NCBI RefSeq assembly: GCF_009914755.1 | Contig: NC_060936.1 | Source: the human T2T-CHM13v2.0 reference genome, Homo sapiens | Length of the DNA stretch: 64,000 nt | Direction: 5' to 3' (one strand) | In this document: positions 43,393 through 61,165 of the stretch, piece after piece | Position numbering within the stretch: position 1 is the first letter of the stretch | Layout of the letters: the number at the start of each line of letters is the position of its first letter | Program-made: the position numbers and the translations under genes | Notes under the pieces: generated by a model | Databases searched by the model: none | What the model was told of the DNA's origin: nothing | What the model saw: only the letters and a program-made list of their open reading frames with translations

Positions 43393-44142
43393 GTACCTTA
43401 GACCACAAAAGTCACAGTGTGGCCTAGGCAGTGTGAATTACAGCTTAGGTCTGTCTGATTTTCAAACTAGCACACTTTTCCTAAGATATTCTTCTTTGCT
43501 AAAGGGAGAAAGATAGCTTTCTATTTATTTCTGCATATGTTTTAATTTTCCTCTTCCTGCTGGCCTTTTACCTCCTTGAAATAATAATAAAGTAATCCTG
43601 AGAATGTGGTGTGAGGTATTCACCGCTATGCCTACTTTGTGCCTCGTTGGGAATTGCATGCTCAGCTGAGATGTCTTTACATATTCAGTGTCTCTTGTCC
43701 TTAGAAACCATCTCCATCCGCTCATTTGCAGTTTAAGCATCTCCATCCCTACTACTGTGCTTATACCAACTCTAGAAGAGGATAAGACTCACCCCAGCTG
43801 GCCTTGTGGCTTGTTAGATCCTTGACCTTACTTTCTTTGGATGGTTTATTTGTAAGACCTTTCATTTTGATTTGCCAGCAAAATGAGCATGACTAGCAGC
43901 CACTCCCCATTCTTAGTGTGTTTTTATAGCCCTAAAAGGGCTGATTTAAGAAATGGTTTGACTCTCAAGGAAAGTTACCTGATCAAGGACACAGGCCTCA
44001 TTACATGTCCCAGCTAAGGTGTGGCCTTGGTTTCAAAGAACAGCCAAAGGAAAATGTGGAAGAAGGAAACCCAGGCTTGGAGTGTATAAATTCTTAATCT
44101 CAAAAGATATTGGAGTTAGAAGGGATTCTAGAAAACATCCAG

Positions 44143-44507
44143 TGATATGGTTTGGCTCTGTCGCCACCCAAATCTCATCTTGTAGCTCCCATAATTCCCA
44201 TGTGTTATGGGAGGGACCTGGTGGGAATTGATTGAATCATGGGGGTGGGTCTTTCCCATGCTTTTCTCGTGGTAGTGAATGGGTCTCATGAGATCTGATG
44301 GTTTTAAAAACGGGAGTTTCTCTGCACAAGCTCTCTCTTTGCTTGCCGCCATCCACGTAAGATGTGACTTGCTCTTCTATGCCTTCTGCCATGATTGTGA
44401 GGCCTCCCCCGCCACGTGGAACTGTGAGTCCAATTAAACCTCTTTCTTTTGTAAATTGCTCACACTTGGGTTTGTCTTTATCAGCAGCATGAAATCAGAC
44501 TAATACA
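44143..44507 (+). mobile_element. THE1 solo LTR
   Basis: TGATATGGTTTGGCT...CAGACTAATACA, 5-bp TSD TCCAG. Confidence 0.95.
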
Positions 44508-44853
44508 TCCAGTTACAACCCATTGTTTTATAGTTGAGGAAACTGAGGCTGAGGGAGGAAAAAAGATTTAAATTCTTACAGCTAGTGAGGGCCGAACCGG
44601 GGGCTCTTTCTCACCCCCAGTTCTGTTCTTCCTTCTTTGCATACCATTCAACAATCATCTGAGGCCCAGGGGACTGAGCTGCAGTCTGCTCCCCAGGGCA
44701 GTCTGGGAGCAGCTGGGGGCAGCTGCAGTAAGGGCTGAGTGCCCTGTTGTTTGCTCAAGGGGCTGTGTCTAATAGGAACTGACATTGGAGAATGTCTAAA
44801 AGGATGAGGAAGATTTTTTCTGATAGAAAAGAAGGGTAGTTTAGGTCACATTG

Positions 44854-45225
44854 TGTATTAGTCTGTTTTCACATAACTATAAAGAACCACCTGAGACTGG
44901 GTAATTTATAAAAGAAAGAGGTTTAATCAACTCACAGTTCTGCATGGCTGGGGAGGCCTCAAGGAACTTACAATCACGGCAGGAGGCAAAAGGGGAGGCA
45001 AGGCACATCTTACATGGTGGCAGGAGAGAGAGAGAGAGAGTGAAGGGGAAGGTGCCACACTTTTAAACCATCAGATCTCATGAGATCTCACTCACTATCG
45101 TAAGAACAGCACGGGGGAAATCCGCCCCCATGACCCAGTCACCTCCCACCAGGTTCTTCCCTCAACACATGGGGATTACAATTTGAGATGCAATTTGGGT
45201 AGGGACACAGAGCCAAGCCATATCA
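44854..45225 (-). mobile_element. THE1 (D-like) solo LTR
   Basis: TGTATTAGTCTGTTTTCAC...CCAAGCCATATCA, 5-bp TSD CATTG. Confidence 0.95.
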
Positions 45226-46360
45226 CATTGTAAAGTTTCCCCAATGATAGAATGCTTTTTACTATGTAAGGGGAATTATTAGGTGCTTTTGAGTGAAGGA
45301 GGCATGACTGAATGATTAAATAAGAGTAAGGGCTTTGGGGTTCCACAGACCTGGGCTCCTGTCCTGTGACTTGTCACTTCTACCTGTGTGACCTCAGGCA
45401 ATCTGCCTCCCCTCCTCCAGCCTGGCTTTCTCCTTATAAAATGGGGGTCATATTGGTACTTACCTTGTCAGGTTGAAGGAGAGTTAAACAAAGTCATAGG
45501 TACAGTATACTTAGCATGGTACTAGGCACCCAGAAAGCACTCAGTGCATCTTAGTTGGTGGGGTTATTCTCTACCTGCCCCTGTCCCAGGCATTCTTTTG
45601 CATTACCTAAACCAGACTCACCCACCCCACCTCCCAGGGTATTTGGCCTGGGGACAAAGGCCACCCTATCTCCACGCACAGCAGAATGAGACCTGCAGCC
45701 CATTTTCAACACATGCCTGGAGTGCTCACCTTATTGGTTTGAGGAGCCCTGAGATTGTTTTTTGAGTGTGTTGTCATTCTGTACATGATAATAGCGGTAA
45801 TAGCTGGCATTTGTGTAACCCATTATAGCTTACAAAGCATCTTCACATACATAGTTTATTTGAATCTCAAAACAACCCCTTGAGATGGATATTTCATTCC
45901 CATCTTATCTCTGAGGAAAATGAGTCTCTTGACTTCCTCGGGTGTCATGATGTTCAGATTCCAGATCTCAGGCTGGGCCTTTCACCGAGGGTCAGGCTCA
46001 CCTTGGAAAGATGTGATTTAATCTATTTCTCTGGAAGATCCCCAACCTCCCATTTCCTAAAGATCTTCCTTAGCATCAAATTCTGGGATATAGAATTTCC
46101 TTTCACCACTCACTTTTTCTGAAGCAAGAGTTTTTTCATTCACAGCCCAGGGGGAGTTTCAGAGAGTAACTTCTCCTTTCAGCTAATAACTCCCAATAAT
46201 GGGAGGTCACAGGGCTCATCTTTCCCTACCAGACGTCCAGAGGATAGCAGAGGTCAGCTCACTGCCTCTAGTCACAATTATCTTGTCTAGACAAGATAAA
46301 CATTCACACACAGGTAAGCATTTGCAAGGTTAAGTTTTACAAAGTAAGAAATACATGTAA

Positions 46361-46735
<375 letters not shown>

Positions 46736-47179
46736 ACCCTCTCCTTTTTTTTTTTAATCAAGACTTTAAAAATCATGATCTTTTAAATAATTCAATGTCC
46801 CTCATTTAAAGATCTGGATGAGAATCCTCCCAGTCCTCCTAAGCAAATTTTGTATGTTCCTTTGCTTGCTCTTTTTAGCTTCCAATATTGCGCCTGGTTG
46901 AATTTTCAAAATTTCTCTTAGATTTTTTTCATCTTCTGATTCCATTCTCTCATGTAATTCCAAACTGTGATGCTGGAGCAATCTTTGTCTAAATCCTGTG
47001 TGGTCTCTGGATGAAGTTAAAGGGCATCTTGGTGACCTTCCTCTCCTGGAAGCCCTGTTCTGTGGCACACTGGGAGTTTGCCTGTCTCTGCACGGAGGCA
47101 GTCTGATTCCTGCTCAGTTTGATTAATTCCTGACTTTACCATATGAATTCTAAATGAGCTGAAAAGGCTTGCATGATGA

Positions 47180-47305
<126 letters not shown>

Positions 47306-47724
47306 TGATTTGACTTCACAAGTTCACATGTGACTCATAGAGATGGTATTTTACTGCATATGGGTTTGGCTCAGAGTTCATTACATCAAAATAGAGATTA
47401 CTAAAACAAGTTTATTGTATAAATGGAATACTTTATCTATGATTTGATTAATATTTATATTAAAGTTGACCTAAAAAAATAAGTAGAACATTGTCTTTCT
47501 TTAAATACCAGTTAACAAGAGGAACGTCAACAAAATACTTACCCCTAGCTGAACATACTGCCATTTGGAAATATTGTAAAGATCCTTTTGTAGTTCATAA
47601 ATGTGATAATTGGGTGTTCACGTGCATGTATGAGATGTCTGAGTCCCTCAAACCTTGTTACAACATTGGTACATTACCCATTTTACCTGAAAAAAATATA
47701 TATGGTAAAAATTGAAAAATTTAG

Positions 47725-47955
<231 letters not shown>

Positions 47956-48032
47956 TAAGTGATTGTGTTGCCTTCTTACAGAAAAAATGTCAATATCTTT
48001 ACTAAAAATATCATGGTATTTTTACTCCCTAG

Positions 48033-48251
<219 letters not shown>

Positions 48252-48631
48252 TGATAAAATAATTAAATTGCTGATCATAATTCATAACAGTTCTGTGACA
48301 CCTAATAGCCTGGCTGTCAGACAAGTTATACATTCTATGCATAGTATGCATAGCTGTTTAATTTCTTCTTAGCAAGGATCAGAGCCGTATTAAGCTGCTT
48401 TAAAGATTTATGTTGTACCCAATCTTAGAGTGTTTTTGAAGCTAGCTCAAGGACGGCATATTAGGCAAGGATAAAAAGATTTGAGGGTGTGGGTTTTCTT
48501 TTTTTCCTGTAAGCTACTCAGTGAGTAGCAGTAAGAACCTTACCATTCATTTTGCAGAACACCCCTTCTCCATAATGGTGGCTATAGCAGTAACAATCAT
48601 TGCTTGCAATGGGTTAGAAAGAACCTCTTTC

Positions 48632-48973
<342 letters not shown>

Positions 48974-49444
48974 TTATCATCAAGCCAATTGTGTTTTAGG
49001 GAGGAAGGGTGTGGATAGTGAATCATCAACCATCATCATAAGATAAACCTCTTTCCTACAAGGGAAAGAACAGCAGCCGAGCAAACACAAATGTCTGCCT
49101 AGCTACAGATACTGTCAGAAGTGACCATGGAAGAGCTGGCATAATCATGAAATGGTGGCTGTCATCAGTCATCAGTGCTCACTGGGTGCCAAGTGCTTTA
49201 TCTCCCATGTGCCATGCCCTCTGTGATGAATAAAAGTCATCGCTGCCCTCAAGGAGCTTCCAATCTGGTAGAGGACACAGATAGGTCTAAAATCATTCGC
49301 TCATTCATCATTTATTTATTATGAAATTCAGGCCTACCCAGCTCCCACATAATTAGATGCTTAAATTTGGTGGTGGTAGGTAGGGGGGCTGTGGAGTGGA
49401 GGTGGGCAAGGGAATTAGGGAGGCCCCTCTCTCAGAAATAATGA

Positions 49445-49660
<216 letters not shown>

Positions 49661-49938
49661 TGAACTGCAGAGCATATATTAAGAAGTGACATTTAGTCAT
49701 TGGAGTGGATCTTAAAGACCTCTAAGTCTGTCCCTCAGCAGACACTTGAGTGTTGTCCATCACAGTGCTGCCAAGAGGTCATCCAGCTGGGACCTTTCCA
49801 TACATCCTTCCACATTTATTGTTTGCTTATGTAGTTTATTCCCTTCTCTGCTTACCTTTCTACCTATCCATATGTTTTGGTAAGAAACAGAAGAAAAGTA
49901 GTCTTTCCTCCTAGCCTATGCTTGTGCATGGGATATAT

Positions 49939-49939
<1 letters not shown>

Positions 49940-49970
<31 letters not shown>
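49940..49970. repeat. (CA)15 microsatellite
   Basis: Seen directly. Confidence 0.97.
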
Positions 49971-49971
<1 letters not shown>

Positions 49972-50405
49972 ATTCTCTTTCTTGATTTTATTTAGCTCCT
50001 GCTTTATGTTTTAATTTTGTAAAGACAAAGTGAATGTTAGGTGATTTCCCAAAAGAGGTAGGCGAAAGTAATTGTGAACCCCTACAATGTTCATGAGTGC
50101 TTTTTAAAAAACTCATCTTTTTTGTTTAGCTTTTAAAATTAACATTTATTGAATGCTTTCTGTGCCAGACACTAAGCTAAATCTTCTACATACATTATTT
50201 TATTTAATCTTCATAACCACCATGTGGAGCAGGTACTATTACTATATGCAATTTGCAATGAGGAAACAGAGGTAAAATAAAGGGACTTGCTCAAGTAGCA
50301 GATCCCTGCAAGGTATCAGGTAGGCCGGAGCCTACCGCCAAAGCTCTTAGTTTGCGGCTACCCCTCTGGAGGACTAGTCAGGATGAGCGAGCAGGAGGTA
50401 GAGGA

Positions 50406-50424
50406 TAGCGCCACCTATGGGCAA
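50406..50424 (-). promoter_or_regulatory. Candidate CTCF site
   Basis: Minus strand TTGCCCATAGGTGGCGCTA versus consensus TGGCCACCAGGKGGCGCTA. Confidence 0.55.
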
Positions 50425-50755
50425 GAGCTCACAACTGTGATATTAAGTTGAAAGGGACGGATTGCGTATGCTCTGACAGATAGCTAGGTCTGGCACATTT
50501 AGAAGTGAAGACTATACCGAGGGACACAGGAGCAGGCATGATCTGATCCCATAGCATTTCGGGAAGAAAGCCTAAGAGTCTGTTGGCACCTGTTCTCCCA
50601 GTTCCTTGACTGCTGGTCCCAGGCAGGGATGTGTGGGCCTGACCTTAGCTTGAACTTTCTTGTAGAGGACTGAGGGTTAGCGGATATAGGCCTGCTATCT
50701 GGTGGGCAGGAGGTGAAGCTCTGGGACATTGCATTCAAGTCCTCTCCAAGAGAGC

Positions 50756-51295
50756 TGTAGCAGCTAGAATAATGCCCATGTCCTAATCCTCAGAAGCTGT
50801 GAATATGTTTCCTTACATGTCAAAAGGGACTTTGCAGGTGGGATTAAATTGAGGTTCTTGAGATGGGAGTTTATCCTGCATTATCTAGGTGGGCCCAATA
50901 TAATCACAATAATCCTTATAAAAGGAGGAAGGAGGGTCAGAGTCAGAAAAGAAGATGTGATGGTGGAGGCAAGAGTCAGAGTGATGCAGCCACAAACCAA
51001 GGAATGCAAGCAGACCCTAGAAGCTGGAGAAGACAAGAAGAGATTCCGCCATAGCACCTCTAGAAGGAATGCAACTCTGTAGGCTGCTGCCTTGACTTTA
51101 GCCCTGTACCATTTTGGATTTTTGGCCTCCAGAACTGTACAATAGTGCAGAGAGTATTTTAGAGGTGACATCTAATCATTGGAATAGATCTTAAAGACCC
51201 CTAAGTCTATCCCTCAGCAGATACTTGATATTTGTGTTGTTTTGAGCCACTGAGTTTGTGGTAATTTATTACAGCAGCAAATGAAAACTAACACA
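50756..51295 (+). mobile_element. MLT1D-like solo LTR, followed by an Alu left monomer (51300-51425)
   Basis: AAAAGGGACTTTGCAGGTG...GGTGGGCCCAATATAATCAC...GAAAACTAACACA. Confidence 0.88.
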
Positions 51296-51970
51296 GCGGT
51301 AGGCAGGGTGCAGTGGCTCACTCCTGCAATCCTAGCACTTTGGGAGGTTGAGGCGGGCAGACCACTTGAGCTCAGGAGTTCGAAATCAGTCAGGGCAATA
51401 GTGAGAACTTTTCTCTATTAAAAAATAAAACATTTATAAAATGAAAACTAATACAGTAGCCAAAGCCTCACCCTTCTAATGATAAAATTCTGCTCCAGCT
51501 GAACAGCCCTCACCCAAGCCCTGAACATATCTTTCTGTCTCTGACTTTGCCCACTCCCTTTCTCTTTCCCTGTGAGTTCTCACCTTCACCTCTCAATCCA
51601 GTCCTCTCTATACATCCAGCTCAATTCTTCTCCTCTTATGTTTCCTTAAAGCCATGCCATTCTCCAGTGATCCCTCTGAATATGTCCACATGGCTAGATT
51701 GGCAACTCATCATGTGGTGCCTTATTGCAGCTCTCTCAGGAAAAGATTTTAGGCAGAGGGAATAGTATGTGCAATGACCCTGGGGCAGGCAGGAATGTGG
51801 CCTGTGTGAGAATAGAAGGAAGGGGAGTCAGAATGGCTGAGTGACGGGAGACGGGATCGGGATGTTTTTCTAGGGTCAGATCATGGCAGGCCTTGTCGGC
51901 GTATGCAGAGCTTGGGTTTTATTTGAAGTACATTGAGATGCAGATGATTTAAAGCACGGAATGGATATGA

Positions 51971-54935
<2,965 letters not shown>

Positions 54936-55510
54936 TGAGTGCATACTACATGCTAGACAGACTCTGTGTTAAATATACAGTTTTGTGGGAGAGGCAGAAA
55001 CACAAATGAAAAGTTACAAAGCAATATTGAAAAGTTCTATAAAATGATGAGAAGGTGATGTCAGCTTCATTGGTTGAGGGTAGGGAGAGGGTTGTTAGGG
55101 AAGCTTTCTAGAGGAGGCACTATTTAATCTGGACTTTAAAAATAGTAAGATTTATCCAGAAAAAGAGAAAATGATGAGAGAAGAGTATCCCAGGTAAAGA
55201 AACAATGTGTGAAAATATGTACAGGCATGAGATAGTATTGTGTGGTTAGAAAACAGCTAATAGAGGAGTATGTCTGTGGCACAGAGGGCTATCCACAGAA
55301 TGGGGGCAGTAAGCAAAGAGATGAGGGCTGGAAGAAGATGAAACTGGAACAGCAGGAGGTATTCATTATAGAACACTATACTCATGATATGGAGCTCATG
55401 ACAAACACGTTAAGCACAGGAGCAAATAATGAGGTGTGTGGCTTAGAAAGACAGTGGTATTGAGAATGCATCAGAGGAGGACGAGTTGGGAAGACTACCA
55501 AAGTGGCTTA

Positions 55511-56144
<634 letters not shown>

Positions 56145-56616
56145 TCACGGGGCCTGGAACTAAAGCAGTGACAGGGGAGGGGAAAGTGGCAGTTGCACTG
56201 GACAGATGTTTCCGAGGCCAAACCTGCAGATTTGTATATGAAAGCTCAGGCAGGAGGAGAAGTCCAAGGTAGTTCTGAAGTTTCTGCATCGGACTTCTGG
56301 CTATCATTTGTTGAGCTGTGCCCATGTGCCACACTCAGTACCTCATATACCAATTTCATTTACTTTTCCGATACCTCACAAGGCTGTGGTACTATCTCCA
56401 GCTTTTGGATGAGGAATCTAAGAGGTGTAGTAACTTGTTCAAGGTCACAAAATTAGTGATTTTGAAGTGGAAAGTGAACCCATACCAGTTTGACTCTAAA
56501 GATTGGGTTCTAAACACAGAATATGGAAGATTAATTTAGAGGAGAAGAAAGCACGTGGTGGCGATGGTTTGGTGATGGTTTGCTTGTTTGTTTAGGAGTA
56601 AAAAAATAGGGGAAGA

Positions 56617-56950
<334 letters not shown>

Positions 56951-57750
56951 AGGGGATGAGAGAATTGATTTGGGCATGTTGCCTTTGAGGTACTGTAGAA
57001 CAATTGTGTGGAGATGTCTGGAATCAGCAGACAGTCTCCAAATGAAGCACCACTAATTGTCTCTTCCCCCTCCTAAGGCACTCTATATACTTGGAAATGA
57101 TATTTATATCATTTTTCTGTCTGTTGTCAGCTGAACTTTTTTTTCGGGTGAGAAGGAACTTCTTCATAATTTCCTCATTCTTTTTATTTTTTATTGTGCT
57201 AGACTCACTTATTCTGAATGAAAGGAACAGAAAGTACTTTTGTTCTGCAATATTTTCTGTGCAAAATTCTCATGTATTGTTTGTTTTTTTTTTTTTTAAG
57301 AGGCCTGAGAGCTTGGTGAACTTTGAAATAGAAAAATTTTGACTTTTGCTTTACAAGGGGTGAAGTGCTGTTTTTGTTTGTTTCTTTGTTTGTTTTTGTT
57401 TCAGATATTTGCTACAGTTTTCTGGTTGCTTTTGGCAATAAATATTAGAGTGTTGTCATTTTACTTTTAAGGGAAAGGCCATAACTAGTCAAAGGGGAAT
57501 CATTACCACAGTTATATAGTAGAGTTTTAGTATTTAACAATGGCAGGGACAGCTACCCATGAAGCAACTAATAATTAACATCCCTCATCTCAGGAGCATC
57601 ATTGGAACCTATTGGGACCGTGTGGTGTTCAAGGTGCACCGCGATAATGTTAGAAAGTTTGTGAACACCCAGGGAATATTAGCAAAGTCATGTAGTCATG
57701 AAAGTCCTGGGTGGCATTGTAAGCACTGTACCAGAATGTAGGTCTGTGGA

Positions 57751-58103
57751 GGAACAGAAAACCAAACACTGCATTTCCCCACTCATAAGTGGGAGATGAA
57801 CAATGAGAACACATGGATACAGGGAGGGGATCATCACACACTGGGGCCTGCTAGGGGGCAAGGGGAGGGACAGCATTAGGGCAAATACCTAATGCATGTG
57901 GGGCCCAAAACCTAGATGATGGGTTGATAGGTGGAGCAAACCATCATGGCACATGTATACCTATGTAATAAACCTGCACATTCTGCACATGTATCCCTGA
58001 ACTTAAATCCCAGAACTTCAAGTAAAGTTAAAAAAAAAAAAAAAAAAACTTAAATTCCAGAACTTAAAGTAAAAAAAAAACATAGACACAAACAAAATAA
58101 ACT
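57751..58103 (+). mobile_element. 5'-truncated L1PA 3' end
   Basis: L1PA 3' UTR with A tails. TSD TAGGTCTGTGGA at 57739-57750 and 58104-58115. Confidence 0.93.
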
Positions 58104-58175
58104 TAGGTCTGTGGAATTATAGGTTAGTTCTTATTTGATAAATAAATGAACTTGGGTTGACCGATATGAAAATGA

Positions 58176-58394
<219 letters not shown>

Positions 58395-59130
58395 TAGCAC
58401 CTTCTTTCAGTAGCCAGTCCATTCTCAGAGAGCAGGACCACCGTCCAGAGAATGTGATCTAGTGGGGGTGATTTTGTAAGATCACTGAGAACTGGGCTTG
58501 GGAGCTCAGTTAAGGTGGAATTTTTCCTACTTACTTTGTTACGGGAAAAGACACAAAGTGCAGATGACCCTTCTGAGACACGAGCAGAGGCCCAAGCATA
58601 TGTCCTGGGTGAAGTGGACTTTCATACTTTAGCACCATGTCACCCTACCTGACAGAGGCTCCTGTGACTTTTTCAAGCCTCGCCCTCTTGCTAGAGAACT
58701 GCGAGTGTCATTACAGTCATAGGATCAGAAGTTTTTTTAAGAGTGAAAACCTTCTTTAGATTTTTGTCTACTCCATTGCTTTCATTTTCCAAACAAGAAA
58801 ATGCGGGTCCATAGAGGGGAAGTGACTTTCTGAACAGGGTAAAGAATAATGACAATGATGATGTGAGCTAGCGATGACCAAGCACAGATTCTGTGCCAGG
58901 GAATATTCCATGAGATCTGCATATATTAAGCCCTGTCTCTCTCACAACTACCCTGCTGGGTATCAGTGCTATTACGATCCCCATTTTACAGGAGCAGAAA
59001 CCAGTCTACTATATGTGAGAGAAAGGCCAGAGTGCAATCATATCAGAAGCTTCCTATGCAAAACTGGGTCAAAGAGTGAAATTTAGTTGTTTGTCTATCT
59101 TTAAAACATCGTAATAAGAATATGGTTACT

Positions 59131-59449
59131 GGCCGGGTGCGCTGGCTTACGCGTGTAATCGCAGCACTTTGGGAGACCGAGACGAATGGATCACTTGAGC
59201 CCAGGAGTTCAAGACCAGCCTGGGCAACATGGCAAAACCCCATCTCTACAAAAAATACAAAAAGTTAGCTAAGTGTAATGGCGCACACCTGCAGTCCCAG
59301 TTAGTCAGGAGGTTGAGGTGAGAGGATGGCTTGAGCCTGGGAGTTGGAGGTTGCGGTGAGCTGAGTTCGTGCCACTGCATTCCAGCCTGGATGACAAAGC
59401 GAGACCCCTTCTCAAGAAAAAAATAAATAAATAAAATAAAAATAAAAAA
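59131..59449 (+). mobile_element. Alu (J-like)
   Basis: TSD ATGGTTACT. Confidence 0.95.
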
Positions 59450-60229
59450 TGGTTACTTAAAGAAAATTTCACATATATTGTATATATATCATAACATTGT
59501 GAAGCAAGTAGTAGTATATCACTATGCTACTGGGTTTTTCACTATTTTACTAAAGCTCAGAAAAATTTGATACTTTCTTAATATCACACAGTTAGTGGCA
59601 AAGGAAGGATGACAGAACAGTTCTGCCTGGCCCAAAGGCCGTGCTCCTTCCATTATTCCAGGTTGCCTTAAATATCAAACAGTGTTAGTGTCCCAGAATA
59701 GAAAAATATGGAACCTCTGGTCTAAACTGCCCTAAGACAGGGGCTTGTATCTTTCAAAATAAATAGAGTTGATGAATAAATTAGAAAATAAAGTAAAAGT
59801 CTAAATTAAAAGTAACTTGCAGCTAAGTAATTTGGTTTAGAGATGCATAGACCTGGGTTTGAGGCCCTCTTTACTATTTACTATTTATAAAATAAAAAAT
59901 TTGCTAAATTATGAAAACTCTCAAGCTTCAGTTTTCTCATCTAGAGATTGGAGAGATGAAACAGCAACCTCATAGGGTTGTTGGGAGGATAAACTTAGAT
60001 AATTCATGTATTTCCCCGCACTTCTTGTGGGCTGGGCATTATTCTTAGCACTGGGGATATTGCAGTGAATAAATGAAAGTGTCCATCCCCATAAAGTTTA
60101 CATTCTAGTGGAAATACTTATTCAAATAAAAACCTTAGCTGTATTTATTTGAAGTCCTTAGCACAGTGCCAGATGCATAACAAAATTAATGAGTGTTCAC
60201 CATTATTGTTCTATTAGTACACACACCAG

Positions 60230-60388
60230 CCCAGTGCCTCTCAAAGTGTTATGTGAAATCACCATAAGATATTTCAGAATGCAGATTCTGATTTGGTAGC
60301 TCTAGGGTGGAGCCTGAGATTCTGCAGTTTTAGCAAGTTCCCCAGAGCTGCTGCTGCTGCAGGGCAGTCCACACTTTGAGTAGCAAGG
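60230..60388. mobile_element. MER5A-type DNA transposon relic
   Basis: AATGCAGATTCTGATT...CCTGAGATTCTGCA...CCACACTTTGAGTAGCAAGG. Confidence 0.8.
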
Positions 60389-60585
60389 GCAGAGCAATCA
60401 CGATTTGCTTCCAGTAGGAAGCGGAGGAACGCCTTCCCTTGATAACTTTGTGATGCAAAAGAGATCCATATCCTGTTCCCAGAGATACTGAAATGTTCAA
60501 GTTCATATTGCTTCCTTTCCCCCGATTGCCAATTAAGTCACAATCTGAAGGAGAGAAACCCAATACTCCAAATCACATAAACTGC

Positions 60586-61165
60586 TTTTTTGTTTTCCTT
60601 TTTTTTTAGACAGGGTCTCTTGCCTTGTGCAGTGTCTCATGACTATAATCCCAGCACTTTGGGAGGCCGAGGCAGATGGATCACCTGAGATCAGGAGTTC
60701 GAGACCAACCTGGCCAACATGGTGAAACCGCATGTCTACTAAAAATACAAAAACTAGTTGGTTGTGGTGGTATGTGCCTGTAGTCCCAGCTACTGGGGAG
60801 GCTGAGGTTGCAGTGAGCCAAGATTGCACCACTGCACTCCAGCCTGGGTGACAAAGAGAGATTCTGTCTCAAAAAAAAAAAAAAAAATAGACAGGGTCTC
60901 GCTCTGACACACAGGCTGGTGTGCAGTGGCATGATCGCGGATCATTGCAGCCTCTACCTCCCATGCTCAACTGATTCTCCTGCCTCAGCCTCCTGAGTAG
61001 CTGGGGCTACAGGCATGTGCCACCACTTCCAGATATATATATATTTTTTCGAGACAGGGTCTCACGATGTTGCCCAAGCTGGTCTCGAACTCCTGGCCTC
61101 AAGTGATTCTCCTGCCTTGGCCTCTCAAAGTATTGAGATTACAGGCATGAGCCACCACACCTGGC
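60586..61165. mobile_element. Antisense AluJ with a sense Alu (60620-60887) inserted into it
   Basis: TSD TAGACAGGGTCTC at 60607-60619 and 60888-60900. Confidence 0.92.
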
